Shown in pieces: positions 10,709 to 20,970 of a stretch of DNA of 64,000 nucleotides. The translations under genes were made by a program, and so were the position numbers. How positions within the stretch are numbered: position 1 is the stretch's first letter; the number at the start of each line of letters is the position of its first letter. Source of the stretch: an uncultured Chitinophagales bacterium (GTDB lineage: Bacteria > Bacteroidota > Ignavibacteria > UBA10030 > F1-140-MAGs086); NCBI GenBank assembly GCA_964358705.1, contig CAYHPL010000012.1:39247-103246 (forward strand). The letters are read 5' to 3'. Below the pieces are notes generated by a model, which saw only the letters and a list, made by a program, of their open reading frames with translations, ran no database searches and was not told the DNA's origin.

Positions 10709-11488
10709 TTATTTATAAGGAATTAAATCTTTCTCAACTTTTTGAAATACTGTATCAATTTTTTTCTGCAGTGGAATCGTTAATGTAATCGCCGCAACGA
10801 TTTTGCAATACGTTGACGAATCATTCATCTCTCTTCCTTTTCTCCAATCCAAATATCGTTTCAATATTTGATAACCTCCGATGTGATATTCCCAAACGAA
10901 TTTTGAAATGCCTTCAAAGTATTGTGTATTGTTGATATAAATGCGTTTCGATTTTTCATCGTATATTATTTTTTCGATGACGTTACTTCCTTTGCCAAAA
11001 TACTTGACGATGTGTTTCGATTCTACTTTGTCGAAATGCAAATGCAATTCCGTAAGTTCTTCTCCCAACTCAGCCATTTGCAAAAATACTTTGTAATCAT
11101 TGGTGAATGGAATTCGCGGGAAATCTATTTTCAAAAACTCTGCATATTTTTCTCTGTAAATATTACTATACAACACACCATACACGTAGTATAAAATTTG
11201 TTCGGGTGTAATTTTTTCCTTGTCAGTTTTTTCTAATTGCTCAAATACAATAGGAGCAATGTTTGGTACTTTATCTCTTTGTGAACCGTATGTCGGCAAT
11301 GGTTCAAAGAGCATTATTATATTATAATTTTTACGCTTTTTTTCTTCCGAAGGTTTATAAACATAAAGAGGAAAAAGAAGTTCACCACCACGATAGAATA
11401 AGTTGAAATCTATTATCTTTTCAGACACGAAAGCCAAATTCCAGAACATTTCTTGACCAACGACTTGACCTTGTCTTCCAATTGTCAA
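10709..11488 (-). pseudogene. C-terminal (target-recognition/helical) portion of an MmeI-like Type IIL/IIG restriction-modification enzyme. Separated from the upstream part by a frameshift.
   Basis: Contains the C-terminal ...VWEYHIGGYQILKRYLDWRKGREM motif recalled from MmeI/PglX-family enzymes. Begins with TTG overlapping the TGA of the upstream ORF (TTGA). An A7 tract sits at the junction. Confidence 0.5.
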
Positions 11489-13866
11489 ACCGATGTTTTT
11501 TTCAACATATGTTGCATTGTGTCATATATAGGTCGCTCTATAACCCATTTTGAATAGTAAATATGTCTTACGTCAAAAGGGCGATACAATATCTCTTTGA
11601 AATGTTCTTCCCACTCTGTTCCTTGTGATAATTCTTTTCTAAATTTATTCAATTTGAATGTCGATGTATCTTTCAAGCGATACGCACTTCTGATAAAATC
11701 ATCGTCCAATCTTTTCACGTCTCTAAATTGGCTGATTCGAGTCTTGAGCTTTTCAAGGTCAATATCAATCGCGAAATGATCGCGTGCAGTAACTATTCCA
11801 ACATTGTTTACAGGGAAAATTTCATTTACCTTCATCCATTTATTGTAATGCTCAATCTCTTTTGTATCTCGCTGAATGAAAAAATACCAAGGTGTTTCCG
11901 GTTTTAGTTTCTCATAATTCTTTACCTTCAAACTATGTTTATTAAGCCAATCGTATTTTTCTTCCCGCAATCCGAATAAATCAGTGTGAAATATTTTGCA
12001 ACCGATTTCATTTTCCTTTTTTACACAAATCGCAATTGCAGTTCCTTGTCGTATATCAAAAACATTTTCGTCTTTACTTCCGTCGGGTGCAGTTTCTTTT
12101 TTCAAACTGTTGCCATGCAAATCAAGAATGTAAATTTCGTTGAACGTATTCATCAAACTTTGTCTCATCCCGCGAAACGTAGGATTGTCGAGATAACTGT
12201 GATTCGTAATCATTCCCACAATTCCTTTTCCCGCTTTCTGAATTTTCCATTGCGCGAAGCGAAGAAATTTTACATAGTCGTCTTGCAACCAAAGTTTCTT
12301 TTCCCCGAGCGACTCGCCGTTCACTTTGTAAAAACTCAACGCACCATCCAAATCTTCTTTCAATAAATTTTTCGTCCAACCATTCATGTTTGCAGAAATT
12401 CCCGAATACGGCGGATTGCCAACAATAACGAGAATCGGTTCTTTCTTTTTCAGATTTCCCGCAAGATGACTTTCTTCGCTCAACGATTCCAGCCCCGGTA
12501 TTGACGATTGACTTAAATCTACAACATCGAGCGTGTTGGTAAGATACAGTTTGAAACGCTCATCATCTTTCATTTTGTAGCCGAGTTCTTCAAGTAAAAA
12601 ACTGATTTTGATATGACCGATTGCATACGGAGCCATCATTAACTCAAAGGAATAAAAATTTTTGAGAATATGATTACTGATGAATTTATGCAAACCACCA
12701 TCACCATACTTATCGGTAAATTCTTTCACGGCAAGTTTAATCGCTTCTGCTGGAAAAGTGAGCGTTCCACCGGCAGGGTCAAGCAACGTAACTTCTTTGG
12801 AAGCAAGTCCATCTGCCAAATCAAAATGCGTTTGTAAAAGTTGATGAACGGAACGAACAATGTACCGCACAACGGGTTCGGGAGTATAATACACGCCGCG
12901 CTTCTCTCTTGTTTTCGGGTCGTACACATTGAGAAACGTTTCGTAAAAATGCACTATCGGGTCTTCACCTTTTCCTTTTGTAAAGTATTGATGGAGAATA
13001 GTTTTTACATCCGCAACGTTCAGCACTTCGGCAATGTCATCAATAATCACTTCCATTTGTTTCGGAAGATTGCCGAGTGAAATAAATTGAAACACGTCAC
13101 GCAAAATTCCTATTGTTTGTGGAATTAAATCGAAAGCAAGTTTTCTGCTAAATCCATTTACGCTTCGTGTTCGCGCGGCAAATAATCCGTATGTAACCGT
13201 TTGCGAATAAATATCCGCGAAATCATTTTTGTTCAGATTTGCAATCAGATATTTTTTGAACGCATCGAAGAAACCGAACAATCTTCCGTGTCCTTTTTGC
13301 TCTTCTTCGAGTTCAATCGTGATGACTTCATCGCGGAGAAAACGAGTTCGCTTTGCAAGTTCAACAGCGAGATGTTCGGCAGTAAAAACTTTCGGGAGAG
13401 AAAACGAGAAAAATTTTTCAAGTAGTGAAAGAAATTTTTCTTCGTTTTCAATCGGTGGAATTGTTTGTAATTTTTTTGCAATAAACGGACGAGCGATTTG
13501 TGCTCTATCAATACACTCACCATTACGATACAAACGGAACTCGTAAAAATTAGTGAGGATGAGATTAGGAAATATTTCTCGATAACGTTTGAGTTGTTCT
13601 GTTGTTTCTGTTTGGTCGAGATTTTTATCGGGAGTTTTCGCTTCGATATATCCAACAATACTTTGCTTGCCATCCCAAATTCTGAAATCCGGATTTCCCG
13701 CTTCTGTCTTTTTCGGAAGTGTAGTAATTTCGATTTGTTTTCTTCTTACTGACGAAGCAAAATTTTCAATGAACGTAGATAGAAATTGATAATAACTTTC
13801 TTCCCGCGCATCTCCACGTGCAGTAGTTTCGGAAATTCTATGTAAATATTCTTTTAACAATGACAA
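11485..13866 (-). CDS. MmeI-like Type IIL/IIG restriction-modification enzyme, N-terminal part: PD-ExK nuclease domain plus gamma-class N6-adenine DNA methyltransferase
   Basis: N-terminal NPDFRIWDGKQSIVGYIEAKTPD (PD...EAK nuclease motif as in MmeI). GVYYTPEPVVRYIV (motif X/I region). LDPAGGTLTF (SAM binding). VGNPPYSG (motif IV, NPPY). 793 aa, ends at the A7 tract. Confidence 0.7.
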   Translation of the reverse strand: MSLLKEYLHRISETTARGDAREESYYQFLSTFIENFASSVRRKQIEITTLPKKTEAGNPDFRIWDGKQSIVGYIEAKTPDKNLDQTETTEQLKRYREIFPNLILTNFYEFRLYRNGECIDRAQIARPFIAKKLQTIPPIENEEKFLSLLEKFFSFSLPKVFTAEHLAVELAKRTRFLRDEVITIELEEEQKGHGRLFGFFDAFKKYLIANLNKNDFADIYSQTVTYGLFAARTRSVNGFSRKLAFDLIPQTIGILRDVFQFISLGNLPKQMEVIIDDIAEVLNVADVKTILHQYFTKGKGEDPIVHFYETFLNVYDPKTREKRGVYYTPEPVVRYIVRSVHQLLQTHFDLADGLASKEVTLLDPAGGTLTFPAEAIKLAVKEFTDKYGDGGLHKFISNHILKNFYSFELMMAPYAIGHIKISFLLEELGYKMKDDERFKLYLTNTLDVVDLSQSSIPGLESLSEESHLAGNLKKKEPILVIVGNPPYSGISANMNGWTKNLLKEDLDGALSFYKVNGESLGEKKLWLQDDYVKFLRFAQWKIQKAGKGIVGMITNHSYLDNPTFRGMRQSLMNTFNEIYILDLHGNSLKKETAPDGSKDENVFDIRQGTAIAICVKKENEIGCKIFHTDLFGLREEKYDWLNKHSLKVKNYEKLKPETPWYFFIQRDTKEIEHYNKWMKVNEIFPVNNVGIVTARDHFAIDIDLEKLKTRISQFRDVKRLDDDFIRSAYRLKDTSTFKLNKFRKELSQGTEWEEHFKEILYRPFDVRHIYYSKWVIERPIYDTMQHMLKKTSV

Positions 13867-13880
13867 ATTACCAATTACTA

Positions 13881-14882
13881 CTAACTCTTCACGTATTTTT
13901 GTCTTTCAATTCTCACAAGTATTTCACTCGCAACTTCCAGCGCTTGCTTTCCTTCTTCTGCTGTAACTCTGGGCGTTGTATTTTCCTGAATACATCGGAT
14001 AAATTCTTCCAACTCGTATTTGAGCGGATTTATTTGCTGAATAGATGGCTGCTCAAACACAATATTACGCTTCACTGTTCCTTTATCTATTGCGCCGAGC
14101 ATCATCATCCGCGATTCCATCGGTATTTGTTCATCAAGCAATCGAAATACTTCCGCGCTTCCTTCCAAAAAATCCACGCCAATGTATGCATCTGATTGAA
14201 ACATTCTCATCTTGCGCATTTTCTTTTGTGAAATTCTGCTCGCGGTAACATTCGCAACACATCCGTTCGTAAATGTTATTCGCGCATTGGCAATATCCAC
14301 AGAATCGGAAACAACAGCGACACCATTCGCATCAATTTGCGCAACGGGAGATTGCACCAAACTTAAAATTATATCAATGTCGTGAATCATTAAATCAAGA
14401 ACGACTGCAACATCGGCACCACGTGGAGTAAACTGCGCAAGACGATGTGCTTCAATAAACATCGGCTGAAGATTATATTGTTCAATTGCAAGCAATGCGG
14501 GGTTGAATCGCTCGATATGTCCCACTTGAATTTTACAATTATTTTTTTGTGCAAGCACAATCAATTCTTCCGCTTCATTTGGTGTTGTCGTAATCGGTTT
14601 TTCGATGAAACAGTGAATTCCTTTTTTCAACGCAAGTTTTGCAATTTCAAAATGGAAACGTGTGTTTGCTGCAATTGTTACTGCATTTACATTTTCCAAT
14701 AAATTTTCTACGGAAGAAAATGATTGCACATTATACTTCGTTGCAATCTCATTGCGCTTTTGCTCATCCACATCATATACGCCAATAAAATTTGCGGAAG
14801 AAATTTCCGCGAGCATTTTTGCGTGTAATGAACCAAGATGTCCAACGCCGATTACTGCAATATTTGTTTTCATTTCTCTCAT
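13881..14882 (-). CDS. Gfo/Idh/MocA family NAD(P)-dependent oxidoreductase
   Basis: N-terminal Rossmann IAVIGVGHLGSLHAKM. 333 aa. Confidence 0.75.
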   Translation of the reverse strand: MREMKTNIAVIGVGHLGSLHAKMLAEISSANFIGVYDVDEQKRNEIATKYNVQSFSSVENLLENVNAVTIAANTRFHFEIAKLALKKGIHCFIEKPITTTPNEAEELIVLAQKNNCKIQVGHIERFNPALLAIEQYNLQPMFIEAHRLAQFTPRGADVAVVLDLMIHDIDIILSLVQSPVAQIDANGVAVVSDSVDIANARITFTNGCVANVTASRISQKKMRKMRMFQSDAYIGVDFLEGSAEVFRLLDEQIPMESRMMMLGAIDKGTVKRNIVFEQPSIQQINPLKYELEEFIRCIQENTTPRVTAEEGKQALEVASEILVRIERQKYVKS

Positions 14883-15634
14883 TTATATTCATCATGCTGA
14901 ACTTGTTTCAGCATCTCTTTCGATTCAACCAAAGTTCCCGAAACAAGTTCGGGATGACGAATCGTCTGTTTCAAAACTATTTCTTCAATCCACTGAGTAA
15001 ATTTTTGTACGGAATAAAATTTCAACGACGGATTCAGAAGTTCAATTTCTTCTTTCGCATACGAATCCCACAATGCAACAGCACACGGAACGCCGGTCTC
15101 TTCAGCCGCCTTGATATCTGAAATTGCATCGCCGACCATCAACGTTTCTTCAGGCGCAAGCGAAAGAGCATCGAGAATTATTTGTATTCCTTCGCCGGAT
15201 GGTTTTGATTTTGTTACATCGTGTCCGGTAATGATAATATCAAAATATTTTTTGATGTCGAACAATTCAAGCGAAATGCCGACGGAAACTTTTCCTTTTC
15301 CTGTGAACATAGCAACAAGAATGTTATTCGCGCTAAGAAATTCTAAAAGTTCAATGACGCCATCATACAGAGAAGATAGCGCATTGTGCTGTTCGCGGTA
15401 AAAATTCCAGAATACATTTCTTGCTTCATCAAAATGTTCTTTTCCGACGAGCATTTCTATCACTTTCTCTTCGGTCGGTCCGAACATTCTTGTAATTTCA
15501 AGTGGAGTAAATTGTTTGTGGAGATATTTTTCAGCAACGCAATTAAATGATGCATAGATAAGTTCATTCGATTGCGTAATTGTTCCGTCCATATCAAAAA
15601 TTACGGCGGAGAGTGCAGGAAGGCGTGTCATCAA
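14879..15634 (-). CDS. HAD family hydrolase (phosphatase)
   Basis: VIFDMDGTI motif I (DxDGT). 251 aa. Overlaps the oxidoreductase gene by 4 nt. Confidence 0.75.
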   Translation of the reverse strand: MMTRLPALSAVIFDMDGTITQSNELIYASFNCVAEKYLHKQFTPLEITRMFGPTEEKVIEMLVGKEHFDEARNVFWNFYREQHNALSSLYDGVIELLEFLSANNILVAMFTGKGKVSVGISLELFDIKKYFDIIITGHDVTKSKPSGEGIQIILDALSLAPEETLMVGDAISDIKAAEETGVPCAVALWDSYAKEEIELLNPSLKFYSVQKFTQWIEEIVLKQTIRHPELVSGTLVESKEMLKQVQHDEYK

Positions 15635-15761
15635 AAAAAATTCAGTGGTATTTCAAATTAACGGCGGAAAATATATAGAAAAGCAAATCGGGAGTAAAAT
15701 TGTATTTATAAGCGAGAATAGATATTTTTACGAAGAATTTTACAATGAAAAAATTACCACT

Positions 15762-16793
15762 ATGAATTACACTTTATTTGGAAACAGCGGATTGAGGGTT
15801 TCTGAGCTTTGCCTCGGAACAATGACATTCGGAGAAGAATGGGGATGGGGCGCGTCGCGAGAAGAATCAAAAAAAATATTTGAAGCATTTTCAAATGCAG
15901 GGGGCAATTTTTTAGATACTGCAAACCGCTATACAGATGGAACAAGCGAAAAATTTGTCGGAGAATTTATTCATTCACAGCGCGAATATTTTGTTCTCGC
16001 TACAAAATATTCTCTTTCGATGAAACACGGCGACCCGAATGCACACGGGAATCATCGAAAAAATCTTGTGCAATCGCTTGACGCAAGTTTAAAACGATTA
16101 AACACAGATTATATTGATGTCTATTGGCTTCACGCATGGGATTTTCTAACGCCCGTTGAAGAAGTAATGCGTGCTTTGGATGACCAGATTCGAGCAGGAA
16201 AAATTCTTTACATAGGAATTTCCGACACGCCGGCGTGGATTGTTGCGCGTGCAAATACACTTGCGCAAATGCGCGGCTGGACTTCTTTTGTCGGCTTGCA
16301 AATCGAATACAGTCTGATTCAACGAACAGTAGAAAGCGATTTGCTTCCTATGGCGCAGGCATTTTCGATGGCAGTAACTCCCTGGGCAACATTAGGAAGC
16401 GGATTGCTTTCCGGAAAATTTTCGCGACAAAATGATAAACGAAGTGCAACACGATTGAAAGAGGGAAGTCCTCGATTCACGGAAAGAAATTTTGCCATTG
16501 CGCGCACAGTAGATGCAATTGCTGATGAAATTGGAAAATCGTCTTCACAAGTTGCTATCAATTGGGTGAGAAATCAAAAAGGGAATATTATTCCGCTCAT
16601 TGGTGCAAGAACGGTCGAGCAATTGAATGATAATCTCGGTTGTCTTAACTTTGAACTATCAGCAGAACAATTGCAAAGATTGGATGAAGTCAGTAAAATT
16701 GAATTAGGATTTCCGCACGAGTTTCTTTCGTCTGATAATATCAAGGAAATTGTCTATGGCGGAACGTTGGAGAAAATTAAGAAGAGTGTGTAA
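15762..16793 (+). CDS. Aldo/keto reductase family oxidoreductase
   Basis: MNYTLFGNSGLRVSELCLGTMTFG N-terminus typical of the AKR family. The ORF-track start at 15645 is probably an over-extension. Confidence 0.8.
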   Translation: MNYTLFGNSGLRVSELCLGTMTFGEEWGWGASREESKKIFEAFSNAGGNFLDTANRYTDGTSEKFVGEFIHSQREYFVLATKYSLSMKHGDPNAHGNHRKNLVQSLDASLKRLNTDYIDVYWLHAWDFLTPVEEVMRALDDQIRAGKILYIGISDTPAWIVARANTLAQMRGWTSFVGLQIEYSLIQRTVESDLLPMAQAFSMAVTPWATLGSGLLSGKFSRQNDKRSATRLKEGSPRFTERNFAIARTVDAIADEIGKSSSQVAINWVRNQKGNIIPLIGARTVEQLNDNLGCLNFELSAEQLQRLDEVSKIELGFPHEFLSSDNIKEIVYGGTLEKIKKSV

Positions 16794-16813
16794 AAAATAT
16801 TTTAAAAATTCGC

Positions 16814-16842
16814 TTGACAGGTATTTATCAAATAAGTATATT
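16814..16842 (+). promoter_or_regulatory. Sigma70-like promoter upstream of the TetR gene
   Basis: TTGACA (16814-16819), 17 nt spacer, TATATT (16837-16842). Confidence 0.35.
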
Positions 16843-16883
16843 TCGTCCACAAAATTAACAGTGTTTAGTATTTAATCGTTGTA

Positions 16884-17489
16884 ATGGGAATTATTGAAAG
16901 AAAAGAGCGCGAAAAAAGCGAAATGAAGCAATTCATTCTTGATGCGGCTATGAATCTTTTTATCGAAGAAGGGTTTGAGAACGTATCAATTCGCAGAATT
17001 GCTGATAAAATTGAATACAGTCCCGCAACAATTTACCTTTATTTTAAAGATAAAGATGAGATTTTATATACACTTCATGTTGCTGGCTTTGAGATTTTGC
17101 ATAAAAAACAAAAAGCAGTTCAAACAGAAAGTGATGTGTTGCTGCGTTTAAAAAAACATGCAGAAGCGTACGTTTCATTTGGAATTGAAAACCCGGAATA
17201 TTATCAGTTGATGTTTATTATGCCCGGACCAATTGCAAAAATAACGATGGCTAATGAATGGAGTTGCGGAATCCGCTCGTATGATTTACTGAAGGAAAAT
17301 ATTAAAGACGCGATGGGAAAAAATCAAATTCCGCAAGGAGATGTAGAAATTGCGGCGTTTGGATTTTGGTCTTTTGTGCATGGCATAGTTTCGTTACTCA
17401 TTCGCCATCTCACATTTTTTCCACAGGAAAGTCGCTTGCCAATGTCATTTGCAGCGATAGATTATTTTATGCAGACGGTAAAAAAATAA
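16884..17489 (+). CDS. TetR/AcrR family transcriptional regulator
   Basis: N-terminal HTH (ILDAAMNLFIEEGFENVSIRRIADKIEYSPATIYLYF). 201 aa. Confidence 0.85.
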   Translation: MGIIERKEREKSEMKQFILDAAMNLFIEEGFENVSIRRIADKIEYSPATIYLYFKDKDEILYTLHVAGFEILHKKQKAVQTESDVLLRLKKHAEAYVSFGIENPEYYQLMFIMPGPIAKITMANEWSCGIRSYDLLKENIKDAMGKNQIPQGDVEIAAFGFWSFVHGIVSLLIRHLTFFPQESRLPMSFAAIDYFMQTVKK

Positions 17490-17562
17490 AATTTTTTGCC
17501 CCTCAACTGAACAATGTTTATTTAAAAATCATCCAATAATTTATATACCATATTTATTCTTT

Positions 17563-19962
17563 ATGAAAAAAAATCACTTATGCTTTTTACTTTTACTTCA
17601 ATTCATATTTTTTATTATTCCGCAATATTCCTTTTCTGTAGAATCTGAAAAAGGAATCATAACCGGAAAAATAATTGATAAAATTACCAAACAACCATTG
17701 CCCGGCGCAAACATAATTATTGCAGGAACAAACGTCGGAACCTCAACAAATGCAGAGGGAATTTTTACATTGAAAAAATTAGATGAAAACGTGTACAAAC
17801 TCCGCGTAGCTTTCATCGGTTACAGTCCGCATATCGAAACAGATGTTCGCGTTATCCGCAACAAAATAACAAATGTAAAAGATATTGAGTTGATGGAATC
17901 TTCCTTCACATCAGATTCTGTAACAATTATCGCGGGATATTTTCGCAATGAAGAAATTGCGCCTGTTTCCAATTATTCCTATTCGCGGGAAGAAATCCGC
18001 AGAAATCCCGGCGCAGCGGGAGATATATTCCGAGCAATAGAAACACTTCCCGGCGTAACGAGCAGCGGCGGCGGAGAGTTTTCTGCATTTTCCGTGCGCG
18101 GTGGAAGTCCGAGAGAAAATATCGTCATCATTGATAATATTCCATTTGATAAAGTTTCGCATTTCGATGGAGGAACAGAAGAGCAAGAAGCACAGGGAGG
18201 ACGATTCAGTGTTTTTGCACCCGGACTAATTGATGACGCAAATTTTCAAGCGGGTGGTTTTGCTGCAAAATACGGAGGAAAAAATTCTTCCTTTGTTGAT
18301 TTAAAAATTAAAGAAGGAAATAAAGAAACACCGACAATAAACGGAACGTATGATTTAATTGGCTGGGAAGTGAATTATGACGGACCAACGTATGTTGAGA
18401 AAAATACATCGCTGCTTTTTTCTGCGCGCCATCAGGATTTTCAAAATGTTTTGGAAATGACGGACCAGAAAGATATGGGCAATCCGAGTTTTTCGGATTA
18501 TATTTTAAAAACAACAACAGAAGTTGATGCGAGAAATAAAATTTCATTTCTCGGCGTCTATGCGCCGGAAAAATTTGTCCGCAATGTGGAGCACATTTAT
18601 GCACGCAAAGATAATCTTTTTGAAACGCAATTGCAGGATGTTACAGAAACAAAATCTCTCTACGGAATAAACTGGCGTTCACTGACAAGCGCTTCAAGTT
18701 ATTTTCAAAATACGTTGTACTATAAAAAAACACAATCAGATTTTTTTGGCGGACGGGCATATACGGATGCGCAAAGCGGCATAATTCCAACGCGGGAAAA
18801 TGTACACACACGTGAGCATATTTTTGATATGAACAACAGCGAAATGCAAACAGGAATTAAATCGGAACTGACATACACGTTTAAAAATTCCGGAACACTG
18901 ACGAGCGGTTTTGATTTCAGCAGGATTTCTTTCGACTATAATTTTGTGCAAAACGGATTGGATACATTGTACTACTTTGACAAAGATGATTTTCGTCCGA
19001 ATCCATCGCAGTATTTTATCATTCGCGACCCGCTATTTGTCAATACACATTATGAGGATAATAAACTCCATGCTGCCGCATTCACAGAATTTAATTGTAT
19101 GCCGGTTACAAAATTGAATATCAATTCGGGAATCCGCTATGAATGGAATGAGTTCAATAAAAAAAATTATGTATCACCGCGCTTAAGTTTGCGTTTTCAA
19201 ATGAATGAAATAACAACATTAAATTTTGCGACAGGAATTTATTATCAGGCGCCGGAATTACGCATCATTTCTCAGCATCGCGATAATGGCTTGCTTAACA
19301 ATGAACGCTCGACACATTTTATTTTCGGTGTTACAAATTATCTTTCGGAAGATGTAAAAGTCACTACGGAAATTTATTACAAATTACTTGATGATATTAT
19401 TGTGCGTCCTGACAGAACAACATACAATCGCACAAATGCAGGAGACGGATACGCACGCGGTATTGATGTTGGCATAGTGAAAAAATTTATAGATAAATGG
19501 TACGGACAAATTAATTACTCGTACTCTGAAAGCAAACGCAACGACCACAACGGCGAAGGAGAATACAATTCTGATTTCAGCCAGCCGCATAATTTTAATA
19601 TTCTCGTCGGCTATGAATTGAACAGCGAATGGTCATTTTCTACAAAGTGGAAATATGCAACGGGAAGACCAAAAGATTCATTTATTACGCACAGCAATGT
19701 GCATAACAATGTAAATTTTCTCCGCTATGCAAAAGAAATTACGAGCAATAATGCAGAGCGGCTTCCTGATTTTCACACGTGGAATATTCGCGTTGATTAT
19801 CGCAAACAATTGGGACGTTTTGCACTTGTTACGTTTCTTGATATTCTCAATGTGTACAATCATTTGAATGTAACAGAGGAACGTTTCATAGAGCGCAATG
19901 GAGAAATTGAAGCGCAGGGATTTAAAATTATTCCGACGTTTGGTTTAAAATTAGAAATGTAA
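17563..19962 (+). CDS. TonB-dependent outer membrane receptor with N-terminal carboxypeptidase-regulatory-like domain
   Basis: Signal peptide. CarbopepD_reg-like segment (GKIIDKITKQPLPGANIIIAGTNVGTSTNAEGIF). Plug-domain motif (IETLPGVTSSGG...FSVRGGSPREN). 799 aa beta-barrel. Confidence 0.75.
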   Translation: MKKNHLCFLLLLQFIFFIIPQYSFSVESEKGIITGKIIDKITKQPLPGANIIIAGTNVGTSTNAEGIFTLKKLDENVYKLRVAFIGYSPHIETDVRVIRNKITNVKDIELMESSFTSDSVTIIAGYFRNEEIAPVSNYSYSREEIRRNPGAAGDIFRAIETLPGVTSSGGGEFSAFSVRGGSPRENIVIIDNIPFDKVSHFDGGTEEQEAQGGRFSVFAPGLIDDANFQAGGFAAKYGGKNSSFVDLKIKEGNKETPTINGTYDLIGWEVNYDGPTYVEKNTSLLFSARHQDFQNVLEMTDQKDMGNPSFSDYILKTTTEVDARNKISFLGVYAPEKFVRNVEHIYARKDNLFETQLQDVTETKSLYGINWRSLTSASSYFQNTLYYKKTQSDFFGGRAYTDAQSGIIPTRENVHTREHIFDMNNSEMQTGIKSELTYTFKNSGTLTSGFDFSRISFDYNFVQNGLDTLYYFDKDDFRPNPSQYFIIRDPLFVNTHYEDNKLHAAAFTEFNCMPVTKLNINSGIRYEWNEFNKKNYVSPRLSLRFQMNEITTLNFATGIYYQAPELRIISQHRDNGLLNNERSTHFIFGVTNYLSEDVKVTTEIYYKLLDDIIVRPDRTTYNRTNAGDGYARGIDVGIVKKFIDKWYGQINYSYSESKRNDHNGEGEYNSDFSQPHNFNILVGYELNSEWSFSTKWKYATGRPKDSFITHSNVHNNVNFLRYAKEITSNNAERLPDFHTWNIRVDYRKQLGRFALVTFLDILNVYNHLNVTEERFIERNGEIEAQGFKIIPTFGLKLEM

Positions 19963-19992
19963 AAGCAGTAAATTTATCCACAAAAATTATTT

Positions 19993-20970
19993 ATGACGAC
20001 CAGAAGAAAATTTTTAAGCCAACTCGGAATAACTGCAACTTCTCCTGCAATTTTATTCTCGCAGGGAAAAGAAAAACAGAAAGAACATTCGCGCTGGGAA
20101 ATGATTTTTAACAGCGATGATACCAAACCCGCATTATGCAAGCCGACGCCAAAATTGTGGAGCGATTCTACAATTACAGCCGCGTGGATTGGACACGCAA
20201 CTGTACTCATCAATTTTTTCGGTACAACAATTATCACCGACCCGGTTTTTGCCGAATGTGTCGGAATAAATCTTTTTGGTTTTTTGAAAATAGGTCCGAA
20301 ACGCCTCGTTGCGCCTGCGCTGACTATTGATGAACTGCCAAAAATTGATTTGATTCTTCTCTCGCACGCGCACTTTGACCATCTCGATATTTCTTCCTTG
20401 AAAAAATTTGATGAAAATATTCCTGTTGTAATGGCAAAAAATACTGCGGATGTGCTGCAGAATCTGGATTTTAAAAAAGTAAAAGAATTGGATTGGGGAG
20501 AAAAATTTTTTGTTGCAGGTTTGGAAATTGAAGCGCATCGGGTGAAACATTTTGGATGGCGTTATCCATGGGAGACAGACCGTTCGCGCGGAAATATGGA
20601 GGGAAGAAGTTTTAGTGCGTATCTCATTTCTAAAAACGGAAAACATATTTTTTTTGGCGGCGATACAGCATATCAGGAATATTTTAAACCGATTGGCGAG
20701 CGAAATATTGAAATAGAACTTGCAATAATGCCAATCGGCGCGTACAATCCGTGGATAAGCGTTCACGCAAATCCCGAACAAGCAGTGCAAATGGCGCAAC
20801 ATCTCAATGCAAAAAATATTCTTCCGATTCACTGGCACACATACACACTCAGCAGTGAACCAATTGCAGAGCCGCTTGAGCGTTTAAAAGATGCTTCATT
20901 GCAATCGAATATTTCCATTGCATTGGAAACAATCGGGCAGGAATGGAAATGGAAAGAGAACGGAGCGTAA
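19993..20970 (+). CDS. MBL-fold metallo-hydrolase with a twin-arginine (Tat) signal
   Basis: MTTRRKFLSQLGITATS Tat-like leader. LLSHAHFDHLD metallo-beta-lactamase motif. Confidence 0.7.
   Translation: MTTRRKFLSQLGITATSPAILFSQGKEKQKEHSRWEMIFNSDDTKPALCKPTPKLWSDSTITAAWIGHATVLINFFGTTIITDPVFAECVGINLFGFLKIGPKRLVAPALTIDELPKIDLILLSHAHFDHLDISSLKKFDENIPVVMAKNTADVLQNLDFKKVKELDWGEKFFVAGLEIEAHRVKHFGWRYPWETDRSRGNMEGRSFSAYLISKNGKHIFFGGDTAYQEYFKPIGERNIEIELAIMPIGAYNPWISVHANPEQAVQMAQHLNAKNILPIHWHTYTLSSEPIAEPLERLKDASLQSNISIALETIGQEWKWKENGA

Noticed and set aside
15645-15761. ORF-track start of the aldo/keto reductase at 15645 (382 aa)
   Set aside because: The first 39 codons (MVFQINGGKYIEKQIG...) lack AKR similarity. 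The canonical AKR N-terminus MNYTLFGNSGLRVSELCLG begins at 15762, so the 5' extension is treated as non-coding leader.
20134-20838. 234 aa minus-strand ORF entirely inside the MBL-fold hydrolase gene. Similar long antisense ORFs occur at 25286-25876 inside the M64 peptidase gene, 42300-43283 inside pepD, and 2916-3116 etc. inside the permease genes.
   Set aside because: These are shadow ORFs opposite well-supported genes with clear motifs. Their products have low-complexity, Cys/Arg-rich composition typical of antisense frames.
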